Source: Salinispira sp.
GTDB taxonomy: Bacteria > Spirochaetota > Spirochaetia > DSM-27196 > Salinispiraceae
Length of the DNA: 64,000 nt
Assembly: GCA_965602015.1 (NCBI GenBank)
Contig: OZ271918.1
Location: 192,001 to 256,000, forward strand
Direction of reading: 5' to 3'
Below are positions 39,267 to 48,802 of the stretch, one piece after another (position 1 is the stretch's first letter; every line of letters starts with the position of its first letter). The notes beneath the pieces are model-generated. The model was not told the origin of the DNA, did no database searches, and worked only from the letters and a program-made list of their open reading frames with translations. Both the position numbers and the translations under genes were made by a program.

Positions 39267-40595
39267 ATGCTGTCTATCCTTCATATCGATCGGTCCAAGT
39301 TCTTTCAAAAAATCGTGCGGGACATCATTTCCGCCAACGGACTGAGTTACAGCTCATGCACCACCAAAAGCGAAGCTTTGAACATTCTGGAAAGCATGAA
39401 TGTCGATCTGATAATCACCGGCCTGGAACTGGATGACGGCAGCGGCGAAGATTTTGTGGAGGAAGTAAACCGCAGCAGATTCAGGACTATTCCGGTAATC
39501 GTGGTGACCGCAACCGAAAGCCTAAAGCTCCGCCAGCGGCTGTTCACCCTCGGCGTCGTGGACTACATGCTCAAAAAGGATATGAACACCGAGCGGCTTT
39601 CCAGTTATATCCAGACCTTTGTGCGGGGAGATGAACTTCTCTCGGATCTCAGGAGGTTGCGCTTCGCAATTGTGGACGACAGCCAGGTCGGCCTCAATAT
39701 CGTGCAGAATATTTTTCACCTCAACTCGGTCAGGCAGGCCCGGTTCTTCTCCAGCCCCCGGGAGCTGCTGGCCGAGGAGAATCCCTATGATGTGTTCCTG
39801 GTAGACCTGGTTCTACCGGAAATGTCCGGCGAGGAATTGATAATCGAGCTTCGGCGGCGCTATCCGAATGCCATTATCATCGCCATGTCGAGTATCTCAA
39901 ACACCAAAACCATATCAAATGTTCTCCTTTCGGGTGCCGACGATTACCTTATCAAACCCTTCGACGCAATGATTTTTATGGCCCGGATAAAAACGAATGT
40001 TCGGGTCTATACCCTCATGCGCGATCTGCAGGAGAAAAAGGCGGTCCTTCAGCAGATGGCCGATTACGACGGTCTTACGGAAGTGTTTACTCACCGCAAA
40101 ATTGTCTCCTATCTCTCCCAGCAGCTTGCGGAGCCACCATCTGACGGCGCGGCTCATCCTGCCGGCCCGGCTCATCCTGACGGCGGGGTAATCACCGCCA
40201 CCATTCTGTTCGACCTGGATAACTTCAAAGCGGTGAACGACAACTACGGACATCAGCTGGGCGATGAAGTGCTGAAGCGTTTTGCCGCCATTTTGAAGAC
40301 CCATATAAACTCCCGGGGAGCCGCCGGACGGTACGGGGGCGAGGAATTCCTGGCGGTCGTCAAGGTTTCCGGAGAGGATGAGGCCCGGGACATACTCACC
40401 CGGCTGTATGAGGAACTGCACCTCGTTCGGTTTGAACAGGACGATATTAAGCTTCGCTGCAGCGCCGGCGTTTCCCTGGCGTTGTGGGGCAACCCGCAGA
40501 AGCAGCTCCACCTCGCTGATATGGCGCTGTACAAGGCAAAACGGGACGGTAAAGACCGCTTTGAATTTGCGGCGGAAGGTCTGGACCCGCAGTAG
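39267..40595 (+). CDS. Response-regulator diguanylate cyclase (REC-REC-GGDEF)
   Basis: Two receiver-like domains, the first degenerate; DLDNFKAVND.YGH..GD, RYGGEEF, AD.ALY.AK. Confidence 0.9.
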   Translation: MLSILHIDRSKFFQKIVRDIISANGLSYSSCTTKSEALNILESMNVDLIITGLELDDGSGEDFVEEVNRSRFRTIPVIVVTATESLKLRQRLFTLGVVDYMLKKDMNTERLSSYIQTFVRGDELLSDLRRLRFAIVDDSQVGLNIVQNIFHLNSVRQARFFSSPRELLAEENPYDVFLVDLVLPEMSGEELIIELRRRYPNAIIIAMSSISNTKTISNVLLSGADDYLIKPFDAMIFMARIKTNVRVYTLMRDLQEKKAVLQQMADYDGLTEVFTHRKIVSYLSQQLAEPPSDGAAHPAGPAHPDGGVITATILFDLDNFKAVNDNYGHQLGDEVLKRFAAILKTHINSRGAAGRYGGEEFLAVVKVSGEDEARDILTRLYEELHLVRFEQDDIKLRCSAGVSLALWGNPQKQLHLADMALYKAKRDGKDRFEFAAEGLDPQ

Positions 40596-40715
40596 CTTAC
40601 GTTGCACAGCTTTTGCCGCGCGGCTGCCACTTGGTGGCCTTGCACTGCCCGGCTGCCGCTCTTGCCCCATGCTCCTGACCTGGGTATATTCTCCCGATAA
40701 CCGCCCACCCCAGGA

Positions 40716-43700
40716 GTGTACATGTCATTAAATAATCTCAGCAGCTCAATACCCGAAGTCGGCACCCGCATCGGGAGATTCATCCTCGAGTCCGTAGACC
40801 GCCTTGAGGAGTATCAAAGTTTCGGGCTGCTGTTCCGAGAGGAAAACAGCGGATGCGAAATATATCATGTGGTCAATGAAGATGAAGAAAACCTCTTCAG
40901 CTATAACTTCAAAACAATTCCCGAGGACAGCAGCGGCGTAGCCCACATTCTGGAGCACACGGTTCTCTGCGGCTCGGAGAAATATCCGGTAAAAGACCCC
41001 TTTGTTATGTTGTACAAGGGAAGCATGCAGACCTTTCTCAACGCCATGACCTACCCCGACAAGACCCTGTATCCCGCAAGTTCCACGGTGCCCCGGGATC
41101 TTTTTAACCTTATGTCGGTGTATACCGACGCGGTGTTTTTTCCTCTTCTCAAGGAAGATCACTTCAGACAGGAGGGGCACCGTCTTGAGAAAAACCCCGA
41201 AGGTGAAATTGAGATAACCGGCGTGGTATACAACGAGATGAAGGCCAATTACTCAACCCACGACGACATAGCTTCTGACCATACCTTCAGGACGGTCTTT
41301 CCCGACACGCCCTACGCCTTCGATTCGGGGGGGGATCCTGCTGAGATTCCTAATCTCCGCTACTCCTACTTTCTGGATTTCCACCGCCGCTATTATCATC
41401 CGTCCAACTGCCGAATTTTTCTCTACGGAAACATTCCAAGCCGGGACTATCTCGATTTTCTTGACCGGGAGCTGTTCTCCCGCTTTTCACCTGATGCTCT
41501 CAAGAACAGGGGAGAGGTCGAAGTACCCCTTCAGAAAACCTGGGATGCCCCGAAAAGCATGGAAGTGAGCTATCCGGCTTCCGCTGATGAACCGGGAGGC
41601 GGGGCAACCTCGGTGAATCTGACCTGGCTCCTTGGGCCGGTTTCCGACCGAAAGACCGCACTGGCCGTGGAGCTGCTCAGTGATGTGCTCCTGGGAAACC
41701 CCGCCAGTCCGATCCAGAAACTGATAAATGAATCGGATCTGGGAGAAGATTTGAGCAGCACCAGCGGCTACGAGAACGAATTCCGCCAAATGCTCTTTTC
41801 CGTCGGCATGCGGGGCACCAAGCCCGAACGGGCGCAGGCCGTGGAAGATCTGATAATGGGGGGGCTGCGCGATGCAGCGGAGAATGGCATACATCCTTCC
41901 CTTCTCGAGGGCTCATTGCGCCGCTTCGAGTTCCGCAGCCGGGAGATAAAAGGCGGGGGACCCTTCGGTCTGCGCCTGCTTTCCAGGAGCATGAGGAGCT
42001 GGCTCCACGGCGAACAGCCCCGCCACAGCATGGATTTCGCTCCGGTGCTCCAAGAGGTCAAGGCGGAGCTGGAGACGAACCCCCGTTACCTTCAGGACCT
42101 CATCCGCGAGCTCCTTCTTGATAACACCCACCGCTGCCGGCTGACGGTATACCCGGACAGCAGTCAGAATGAGCGGGAATCCCGGGCAGAACGGGAAAGC
42201 GTGGACGCCAAACTTGCGGCCCTCGGCAAAGACGGCGAGAACATCGTGGGGCAATGGACCGAAGAGTTCGCCCGCTTCCAGGGCACTCCCGATACCCCGG
42301 AGGCCATTGCCAGCCTGCCGTTTCTCACGGTAGAGGACATTCCCGCCGAGGTGAGAAGCATACCCAATAGCCGTCACCGGCTCGATGCGTCCCAGCCGCT
42401 TTACTATCATGAGGTATTTACCAACGGCATCAGTTATGTGGACCTCGGATTTTCCATCAGCGACCTCCCCCCGGAGTATCAGCTCTTCGTTCCCCTGCTC
42501 ACCCACATGCTCCCCCAAATCGGGAGTACTTCGAGGTCTTACGAGGAAGTCAATCTCGACTGGGGTTTGAAGACCGGCGGTTTTTCGGCATACGGGGAAA
42601 ATTCCTCAACGGTGGAGAAAACCAATCTTCAGCACTGCTACCTCAGGCTAAAAACCCTCGATGATATGAGCGACCAGGGCATCGACCTTGTGGGGGAGGT
42701 TACCCGCAGCGCGGATTTTCAAGACCTGAAGTATCTCTGGGAGCTGTTCAGCGAGTTCCGCAACGACATGCGAAGCGGCATTGTTCAGTCGGGAACCAAC
42801 TATCCGGCCACCCGGGTGAGCCGGGCCCTCAACTCCAGGGCATATGTTGATGATATCTGGCGGGGGGTTATACAGCAGCGCTTTTTGGAGGCCCTTCACC
42901 AACTGGCAATGGCGGACCGGAGCTCGGCCATGTTGTTTCTGTCCTCCAGGCTCAGGGAGTTGGCAGACTGGATTTTCAGCTCGGATGCGTTGATTGCGAA
43001 TGTCACCTGCGAAGCCGGTCAGTTCGAGCAGCTGAGAGCCCAGGTTTCGGCCTACGCCGCTTCCCTGAGTAGTCGCTCCGCTGCAACGCTACCGGTCGCC
43101 GAGGTTCGGGGGATGCTCCCTGAGATCGGCGGGTTGCTCGACGAGGAACCCGCGGGCCGGGAGCTGATAATTCATAGTACAAAGGTCAATTTTACCGCCA
43201 TGGCGCTGAGAGCCTCTCATCTGAGGGAACGGGAGCAGGTCGCTGAACTGATTTTAGCCCATATTTTGCGCACCGGACTGCTTTGGGAGAAGATCCGTAT
43301 GGAGGGCGGTGCCTACGGCGCCTTTGCGGTGCCCGACGGGTTATCAGGGCTGTTCGTTTTCGGCAGCTACCGGGATCCGGCGATAGAAAAGAGCTGGGCG
43401 GCATATGCCGAGAGTCTTGAGATTATCGCCGCCGGCGCGCTGGATCAGCAAACTCTGGACTTGGCAAAAATTGCAATTGCTGGCAAAGAGCTTCGCCCCC
43501 TGTCGCCTGCCGAGCAGGGCCTGATAAGCTTCAAGCGGGAAAAATACGGCATCAGCGATGAACTTCGCCAGCAACGAAGAAGGTGGCTCATCGGCTGCAC
43601 CCTTGACGATGTGCTCGCCGCGGCGAAACGGCTCTCCGAGAATTGCCGGGACGCGGTTTTCGCGGTTCTCGCCGACGGCAGCGTCGCGAATGACCTGGCT

Positions 43701-43739
43701 GCCCGTTATCCCGACCTCAGGCAAACAGCGATGCACTAA
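40716..43739 (+). CDS. M16C (presequence protease/insulinase-like) metallopeptidase
   Basis: GVAHILEHTVLCGS.KYPVKDPF, FLNAMTYPDKT, IRMEGGAYG. Confidence 0.92.
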   Translation: MYMSLNNLSSSIPEVGTRIGRFILESVDRLEEYQSFGLLFREENSGCEIYHVVNEDEENLFSYNFKTIPEDSSGVAHILEHTVLCGSEKYPVKDPFVMLYKGSMQTFLNAMTYPDKTLYPASSTVPRDLFNLMSVYTDAVFFPLLKEDHFRQEGHRLEKNPEGEIEITGVVYNEMKANYSTHDDIASDHTFRTVFPDTPYAFDSGGDPAEIPNLRYSYFLDFHRRYYHPSNCRIFLYGNIPSRDYLDFLDRELFSRFSPDALKNRGEVEVPLQKTWDAPKSMEVSYPASADEPGGGATSVNLTWLLGPVSDRKTALAVELLSDVLLGNPASPIQKLINESDLGEDLSSTSGYENEFRQMLFSVGMRGTKPERAQAVEDLIMGGLRDAAENGIHPSLLEGSLRRFEFRSREIKGGGPFGLRLLSRSMRSWLHGEQPRHSMDFAPVLQEVKAELETNPRYLQDLIRELLLDNTHRCRLTVYPDSSQNERESRAERESVDAKLAALGKDGENIVGQWTEEFARFQGTPDTPEAIASLPFLTVEDIPAEVRSIPNSRHRLDASQPLYYHEVFTNGISYVDLGFSISDLPPEYQLFVPLLTHMLPQIGSTSRSYEEVNLDWGLKTGGFSAYGENSSTVEKTNLQHCYLRLKTLDDMSDQGIDLVGEVTRSADFQDLKYLWELFSEFRNDMRSGIVQSGTNYPATRVSRALNSRAYVDDIWRGVIQQRFLEALHQLAMADRSSAMLFLSSRLRELADWIFSSDALIANVTCEAGQFEQLRAQVSAYAASLSSRSAATLPVAEVRGMLPEIGGLLDEEPAGRELIIHSTKVNFTAMALRASHLREREQVAELILAHILRTGLLWEKIRMEGGAYGAFAVPDGLSGLFVFGSYRDPAIEKSWAAYAESLEIIAAGALDQQTLDLAKIAIAGKELRPLSPAEQGLISFKREKYGISDELRQQRRRWLIGCTLDDVLAAAKRLSENCRDAVFAVLADGSVANDLAARYPDLRQTAMH

Positions 43740-43820
43740 AAAACCCTCATGCTCCTGCGGCAGGCCGTCGATGTATTAAAAGAGGCATTGGCCGGGCTGC
43801 CGGCCTGCCGACGGGAGTGA

Positions 43821-44279
43821 ATGGTGAAAGCATATATACGTCGAGTAACAATATTTTTATTAGTCGCAGCGATGTGCTCTGCGGCATACGGTCAGGACGG
43901 CAGCGAGGCAGACCCCAGCCTGGTGGCGGTTGGTTCCCTATCGGCCTCGAATCTGTATTTAAGCTATCTCGTCCTGGGAACTGTAGCCGACGGCTTTGTC
44001 AGCGGAAGCTATGATCTGGAAACCACGAAGAGCATCGCCCTGGAAACCATCTTTCTCAACGGCAACTCCAAATCCGCCCTCGAGTCCCTCATTGACTCGG
44101 ATGTCATCGCGCCTGAAGAAAGCATGGTCGTCAATGAAATGATTCAGAGCTACATGGTCCTGGACAATATGGCTGAAGCTCTTATCAGATTCGTTGAGGA
44201 CGATGAGGACAATGGAGCGGCATATCAGGTGTTTCGGGTGGAAGCCTGGGAACGCATATCGAGACTTCTGGGCCTTTGA
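43821..44279 (+). CDS. Hypothetical exported protein
   Basis: Signal-peptide-like N-terminus; GGAG RBS. Confidence 0.6.
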   Translation: MVKAYIRRVTIFLLVAAMCSAAYGQDGSEADPSLVAVGSLSASNLYLSYLVLGTVADGFVSGSYDLETTKSIALETIFLNGNSKSALESLIDSDVIAPEESMVVNEMIQSYMVLDNMAEALIRFVEDDEDNGAAYQVFRVEAWERISRLLGL

Positions 44280-44319
44280 CAAGAGTCTTTCACCCGCCCG
44301 ATAGCCGGGCGAAAACGCG

Positions 44320-44892
44320 CTAACTGCTGGCCTGGACCGTAAGAAGCAGGCTGTACACCCCGCCTTCCCCGAGAAATGAAAAATCGACCACAACTCTTCC
44401 GTCAGGTATTCGCCACTGGGCTTCCTTCACCTTGTAACCCCGGTGCGCCTTTTCGGCCGGATTGATGAACTCATTATGACCCTGATCTTCCCTCCAGGGC
44501 GTACCGTAGAGCACGCTGTACTTGTTGATAAAATCATTGGCAGCCTGATACGTCCGTTCGAACAGATCTGCAGACACATCGGTCTGGTGAGCGTTGAACA
44601 TAAACCAGCTGAGTCGGTCTCCGTGAAATGAATATACCCAGCGGCCGGGAATGCCGAACTCCCTGCTTTGGCGGATGAACTGATCCCCCTCATTGACCCG
44701 GGCCTGGGGGTACAGAGCACGAAAATCATCAATACTCATTCCCAGCCGTATTCCGCGTTCCGCATCGGACGAGGAGGAATACCCTTGGGATATTTCCTGT
44801 TCTGAAGGATTGCAGGAAAGCAGCGCAAAACTAATTGCCGCAATAAGGGCGGACCTCATGATGAATCTCAGCGGGAGCGTAAACCTGGTCAT
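44320..44892 (-). CDS. Hypothetical lipoprotein
   Basis: Hydrophobic stretch ending in lipobox LLS-C. Confidence 0.6.
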   Translation of the reverse strand: MTRFTLPLRFIMRSALIAAISFALLSCNPSEQEISQGYSSSSDAERGIRLGMSIDDFRALYPQARVNEGDQFIRQSREFGIPGRWVYSFHGDRLSWFMFNAHQTDVSADLFERTYQAANDFINKYSVLYGTPWREDQGHNEFINPAEKAHRGYKVKEAQWRIPDGRVVVDFSFLGEGGVYSLLLTVQASS

Positions 44893-45045
44893 ACGGGTGT
44901 GTATCCTGAAGTGAATTGGGTATGATTTTATATCAGAAAATCACCACCGCTGTCAATTTAATATGAAGTGATGGTATGAAAGCGGTGCCTCCCCCGAGAT
45001 CCTGCCAGTCAGGGTCTATATTAAATACCGGAGGAGGACAACCAA

Positions 45046-46098
45046 ATGAGTAGTATTATTATATCCCTCGACAGCCATAAACGGTATACCGTGGCTGCAA
45101 TTGAGGACGAAAAAGGAAGGAAATCCTCACAGCGCATAGAACATTCTCACGGGTGTATTCGTGATTTTCTCCAACAATTTGAGCCGGGACAGGAAGTCGC
45201 ACTTGAAACAATCGGAAGTTGGTACTGGATTGTGGATGAGATTGAGGAGGCCGGCATGAACCCCTTGCTGGTACATGCCGGTAAGTCAAAATTGATGATG
45301 GCCATGTTTAACAAAACTGACAAACTCGATGCTGAAGGTCTCAATAAACTTCAAAAAGCAGGCACACTGCCTACTGTGTGGATTCCACCAGGAGAATTGC
45401 GTGATAAACGAGAACTCTATCGAACCCGGATGCAGTTCGTTCAGGAGTTGATACGTGAAAAGAACCAAATTCATGCCGGGTTCGAGAAATATGGGTTTCG
45501 ATTCAATGATGTGAGCGATCTGTTCGGAAAAGCAGGTACAGAAGCCATGAAGAAGGTAATGCCAAAACTCCCCGAGCATACCCGCACCATGATGAAACTC
45601 AAGCTCGATAATCTCGCGTTTATTAAGCAATCTATCACCGACTGCGAACAACGAATGCATGAAGCGTTTGATGAAAATGCTGAAATGAAGTTGGTGAAAT
45701 CCATTCCCGGGATCGGATTTATTCTCAGCGCAGTCATTGTGCATGAAATTGGAGACATACATCGCTTTAAGACCGCTGAACATTTTGCATCATACTGTGG
45801 TACAACGCCGCGCGTTCACTCGAGCGGAGGTAAAACTCATTATGGTCGAACATCGAAAGCATGTAATCGATACTTGAAGTGGGCACTTACTGAAGCAGCT
45901 AATGTAACCTGTCTTAATCAAAGAAATTGGGCGAACCGACATACGGTAAAACTCTACAAGAGAGTTCGTACTAAACGTAATCATAAGGTTGCAATAATCG
46001 CCGTGGCACGGCACTTAGCAGAAGCAATATTTTGGATATTGCAGAAAGAACAGCATTACAAAGATCCTGCATTAGCGGGTTTGTCCAGACAGGGGTAA
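45046..46098 (+). CDS. IS110-family (IS1111-type) transposase/recombinase
   Basis: DEDD domain (LDSHK, ETIG, KTDKLDA), SIPGIG, HSSGG catalytic Ser; GGAGG RBS. Confidence 0.93.
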   Translation: MSSIIISLDSHKRYTVAAIEDEKGRKSSQRIEHSHGCIRDFLQQFEPGQEVALETIGSWYWIVDEIEEAGMNPLLVHAGKSKLMMAMFNKTDKLDAEGLNKLQKAGTLPTVWIPPGELRDKRELYRTRMQFVQELIREKNQIHAGFEKYGFRFNDVSDLFGKAGTEAMKKVMPKLPEHTRTMMKLKLDNLAFIKQSITDCEQRMHEAFDENAEMKLVKSIPGIGFILSAVIVHEIGDIHRFKTAEHFASYCGTTPRVHSSGGKTHYGRTSKACNRYLKWALTEAANVTCLNQRNWANRHTVKLYKRVRTKRNHKVAIIAVARHLAEAIFWILQKEQHYKDPALAGLSRQG

Positions 46099-46200
46099 GC
46101 GCGTTTTTGGGGCTACAGCGCGAATACGAGGCTGTGCAAAGTGATTGCGACACCCCTGGAAGGACATTTTCATGCCACGTGGATGGCGGAGATATGACTC
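46090..46200 (+). ncRNA. Predicted bridge RNA/seekRNA of the IS1111-type element
   Basis: Nested stems with an internal loop whose two strands match the target; a second pair of segments matches the element ends (see findings). Confidence 0.7.
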
Positions 46201-46273
46201 GGACAAAACCGATTTGCAGAATTTTTGTAATAGAACATTGAAAACTCTTGCGGGGAGGCACCGCTTTCAGATA

Positions 46274-46416
46274 TGCCCCCAAAACAGCTGATATTGTGCG
46301 CTAAGTATCAATCCTGGCTGGAAATGCAAATGAAGTGACAAAAAACCTTGAGATTAGTCCCTTACTTCTTGTTCTTAAGGCATTTGCATCAATTCCATCA
46401 GCTGTTTTGGGGGCAC
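46274..46416. repeat. ~144-bp REPIN/MITE-like element (repeat copies 7 and 8), abutting the IS right end
   Basis: TGCCCCCAAAACAGCTGAT...ATCAGCTGTTTTGGGGGCAC|TA. Confidence 0.8.
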
Positions 46417-46445
46417 TACCAATTTGACAAAGGCCGGGGAGGCAA

Positions 46446-47303
46446 TCAAAGCAGCTCCCGCAGCTTACCGATGCTCAGGGGGGCACAGCCTTCGTAGTGA
46501 TTATTAACATTGATAATCGTTTCAATACCCCGTTCTTCGAGCATGCGGGCAGCCTTGGCTATGAGCATCAGGTCGTCATCCATGGGGCGGATTATTCTTC
46601 CCCATTTTTTTTCGCTGAGCCGGTCCATTTCTTTGCGTTCGGGCCCGTGCAGACGAAGCACCACGGGGGCCTTTGTGCCAATATCTGCAATAAAGCTCTC
46701 AATGGTTTTGTATGCCGGAGGCAGGTAATACCCATGGATCAGTACCGGTGAAATCGAGTATCGGTCGAGCAGACGGAAAAATCCGCCGCTGAAATACTGG
46801 GGATTGCGGATTTCGACGCCGAACCAGGGTTCATTTTCCGAACGGATATCTTCGGGGAGTGAGGAGAAAAAATCCTCCAGAAGATTCATAAAGCTGTCGG
46901 CGCCGGTCATCTTCCGCTTATTCAAATACTCAAACTGGAACATCAACACCCGGGTTTTGGGAATTATCGGAGAGAGTCTTCGCAACACCTCCTCCAACAC
47001 ACTCCGGGATAAAAAGTCCGGGTTGATTCTCAGGGGACCGCCGGATCCCCGATAGTGGGTGAGGCTCAGGCTGTCCGGGAGCTTAATGGTGAAGCGGAAA
47101 TCCTCGCCCACGCTTGCCGAGTAATCCAGCGCCGTTGCGCTGTCGGGAAGCTTTGTTCCCCCGTCAAATAGGCTCCAGAACCACTGATCTATTTCAACGG
47201 TGGAAAAAAGACGGGAGTACTCGGAAAGATAGTTTTCGCAGTCCGGGGAATATACGATGTCAGTCCATTCAGGATACTTCCAGCTGCAGGTTCCAATACG
47301 CAT
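46446..47303 (-). CDS. DUF72 domain protein (YecE-like)
   Basis: RIGTCSWKY..W, TVEID, F.FTIK.P..L...H, VEIRN, RLHG, NNHYEG.A. Confidence 0.88.
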   Translation of the reverse strand: MRIGTCSWKYPEWTDIVYSPDCENYLSEYSRLFSTVEIDQWFWSLFDGGTKLPDSATALDYSASVGEDFRFTIKLPDSLSLTHYRGSGGPLRINPDFLSRSVLEEVLRRLSPIIPKTRVLMFQFEYLNKRKMTGADSFMNLLEDFFSSLPEDIRSENEPWFGVEIRNPQYFSGGFFRLLDRYSISPVLIHGYYLPPAYKTIESFIADIGTKAPVVLRLHGPERKEMDRLSEKKWGRIIRPMDDDLMLIAKAARMLEERGIETIINVNNHYEGCAPLSIGKLRELL

Positions 47304-47367
47304 AACTACAGTATAGTGTTTCCCGAGAAATTTGACCCGGAGCATGCTTACTGATATAACGGATGGT

Positions 47368-48783
47368 ATGAGTTTTATTATTGTCGGTGCCGGCGTGGTC
47401 GGCCTTCAGGTAGCACGAAGGCTGATAGAAGAGCAAAAAGACGTCACCATAATAGAACAGAGCGAAGAAGCGGCCCGATATGCCGCATCCCGCCTCGACT
47501 GTATGGTTATTACCGGTCAGGGGAACAACCTTGAGGTGCTGAGACACGCGGGAGTCGAACGGGCCGAATACTTCATTGCCCTGACCGGCTCCGATGAGAT
47601 CAACATGATCTGCTGTTCCCTTGTAGCCGCCGAGTTCCAGGTTCCCCATAAGGTCGCCCGGGTGCGGGCGGTGGAATATCTGGAAACCCAGATGACCGAA
47701 CAGCGCTACCTGGGCATCGACTATGTCATCAATCCCGAGACCGAGGCCGCAAAGACCATAATTCAGCAGCTGGATACCGGGGCCCGCAACTATGTCATGG
47801 TTTTCGAAAACATGGACATTCACATCCAGCGCATTCTTGTGGATGACGACTCCCCGTTCGCCAACAAGGCCATCCATCAGCTTCCCGCCATACTTCCCTT
47901 TTCCTTTGTTGTTCCCGTAATTCAAAGAGATTCCAACATCATTATCCCCGATGGTAACACCATGGTCCTGGAAGGCGACGAGATGTATGTGGCCGCAAAG
48001 GAGAATGACGTCAAACGGATTTTCCAGGTCCTGGGAGAGAAGGAAAGTCAGGCCAAACGCATTCTCCTGGTCGGTGGCGGTACCATCGGCCGGCTGGTGC
48101 TTCACCACCTGTTGGGTGACGGGCTGAGCGCCCCCGGCTTTTTCAAACGCTTGACCAGACTGGTCCGGCGCAGGAGTTCAAGAACCGTCAAAATTGTCGA
48201 GAGGGATTACCAGAAGTGCAAAATGCTCAGCGACCACTATCCGGAAGCCCTGGTCATTAATGCGGATATCTCCGAAGAAAATATTTTTGAGGAAGAAGGG
48301 CTTTCGGAATGCGACCTGATGATAACTGCCACGGAAAACTCGGAGATGAATATCGTCGCAGGACTGTATGCCCGCAAGATGGGCATAGACCGGGCTATCA
48401 CCCTGGTGCGTTCTGAGAACTACGCGCACATTGCCGAAGAACTCGGCATTAATGTGGTGGTCAGTTTAAAACACACGGTGGTCAATTCCATTCTCCGATA
48501 CCTGCTAAAGGGCAATATAAGCACCATTCAGACTGCGGGCCGTGGACTGGTTGAGTTTCTCGAGCTTCAGGTCGAACAGGGCAGCCGGATTGTGGGAGAG
48601 CAGATAAAAAATCTCCGTCTGCCGCCGGAGACCCTCATTCTATACATCAACCGGGGGGAGCGCACTTATATTCCCGATGGAAACAGCGTACTTGAGAGCG
48701 GTGACCACATCATTATTCTTGCAAGGAAGGAATTTGTGCCCCGCATAGAAGATTTGGTGACCAACTCCGCTTCGGGGCAGTGA
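47368..48783 (+). CDS. trkA: Trk potassium transporter NAD-binding subunit
   Basis: Two RCK_N domains (GAGVVG, GGGTIG) and RCK_C domains; upstream of trkH. Confidence 0.92.
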   Translation: MSFIIVGAGVVGLQVARRLIEEQKDVTIIEQSEEAARYAASRLDCMVITGQGNNLEVLRHAGVERAEYFIALTGSDEINMICCSLVAAEFQVPHKVARVRAVEYLETQMTEQRYLGIDYVINPETEAAKTIIQQLDTGARNYVMVFENMDIHIQRILVDDDSPFANKAIHQLPAILPFSFVVPVIQRDSNIIIPDGNTMVLEGDEMYVAAKENDVKRIFQVLGEKESQAKRILLVGGGTIGRLVLHHLLGDGLSAPGFFKRLTRLVRRRSSRTVKIVERDYQKCKMLSDHYPEALVINADISEENIFEEEGLSECDLMITATENSEMNIVAGLYARKMGIDRAITLVRSENYAHIAEELGINVVVSLKHTVVNSILRYLLKGNISTIQTAGRGLVEFLELQVEQGSRIVGEQIKNLRLPPETLILYINRGERTYIPDGNSVLESGDHIIILARKEFVPRIEDLVTNSASGQ

Positions 48784-48802
48784 CCATGCAGAGGAAAACT
48801 TC

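Larger units (their letters stand above)
44971..46272 (+). mobile_element. IS110-family, IS1111-group insertion sequence (ends uncertain by a few nt)
   Basis: Perfect 18-bp subterminal IRs TGAAAGCGGTGCCTCCCC (44977-44994) and GGGGAGGCACCGCTTTCA (46252-46269); lower GC than flanks; long 3' non-coding region. Confidence 0.88.
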
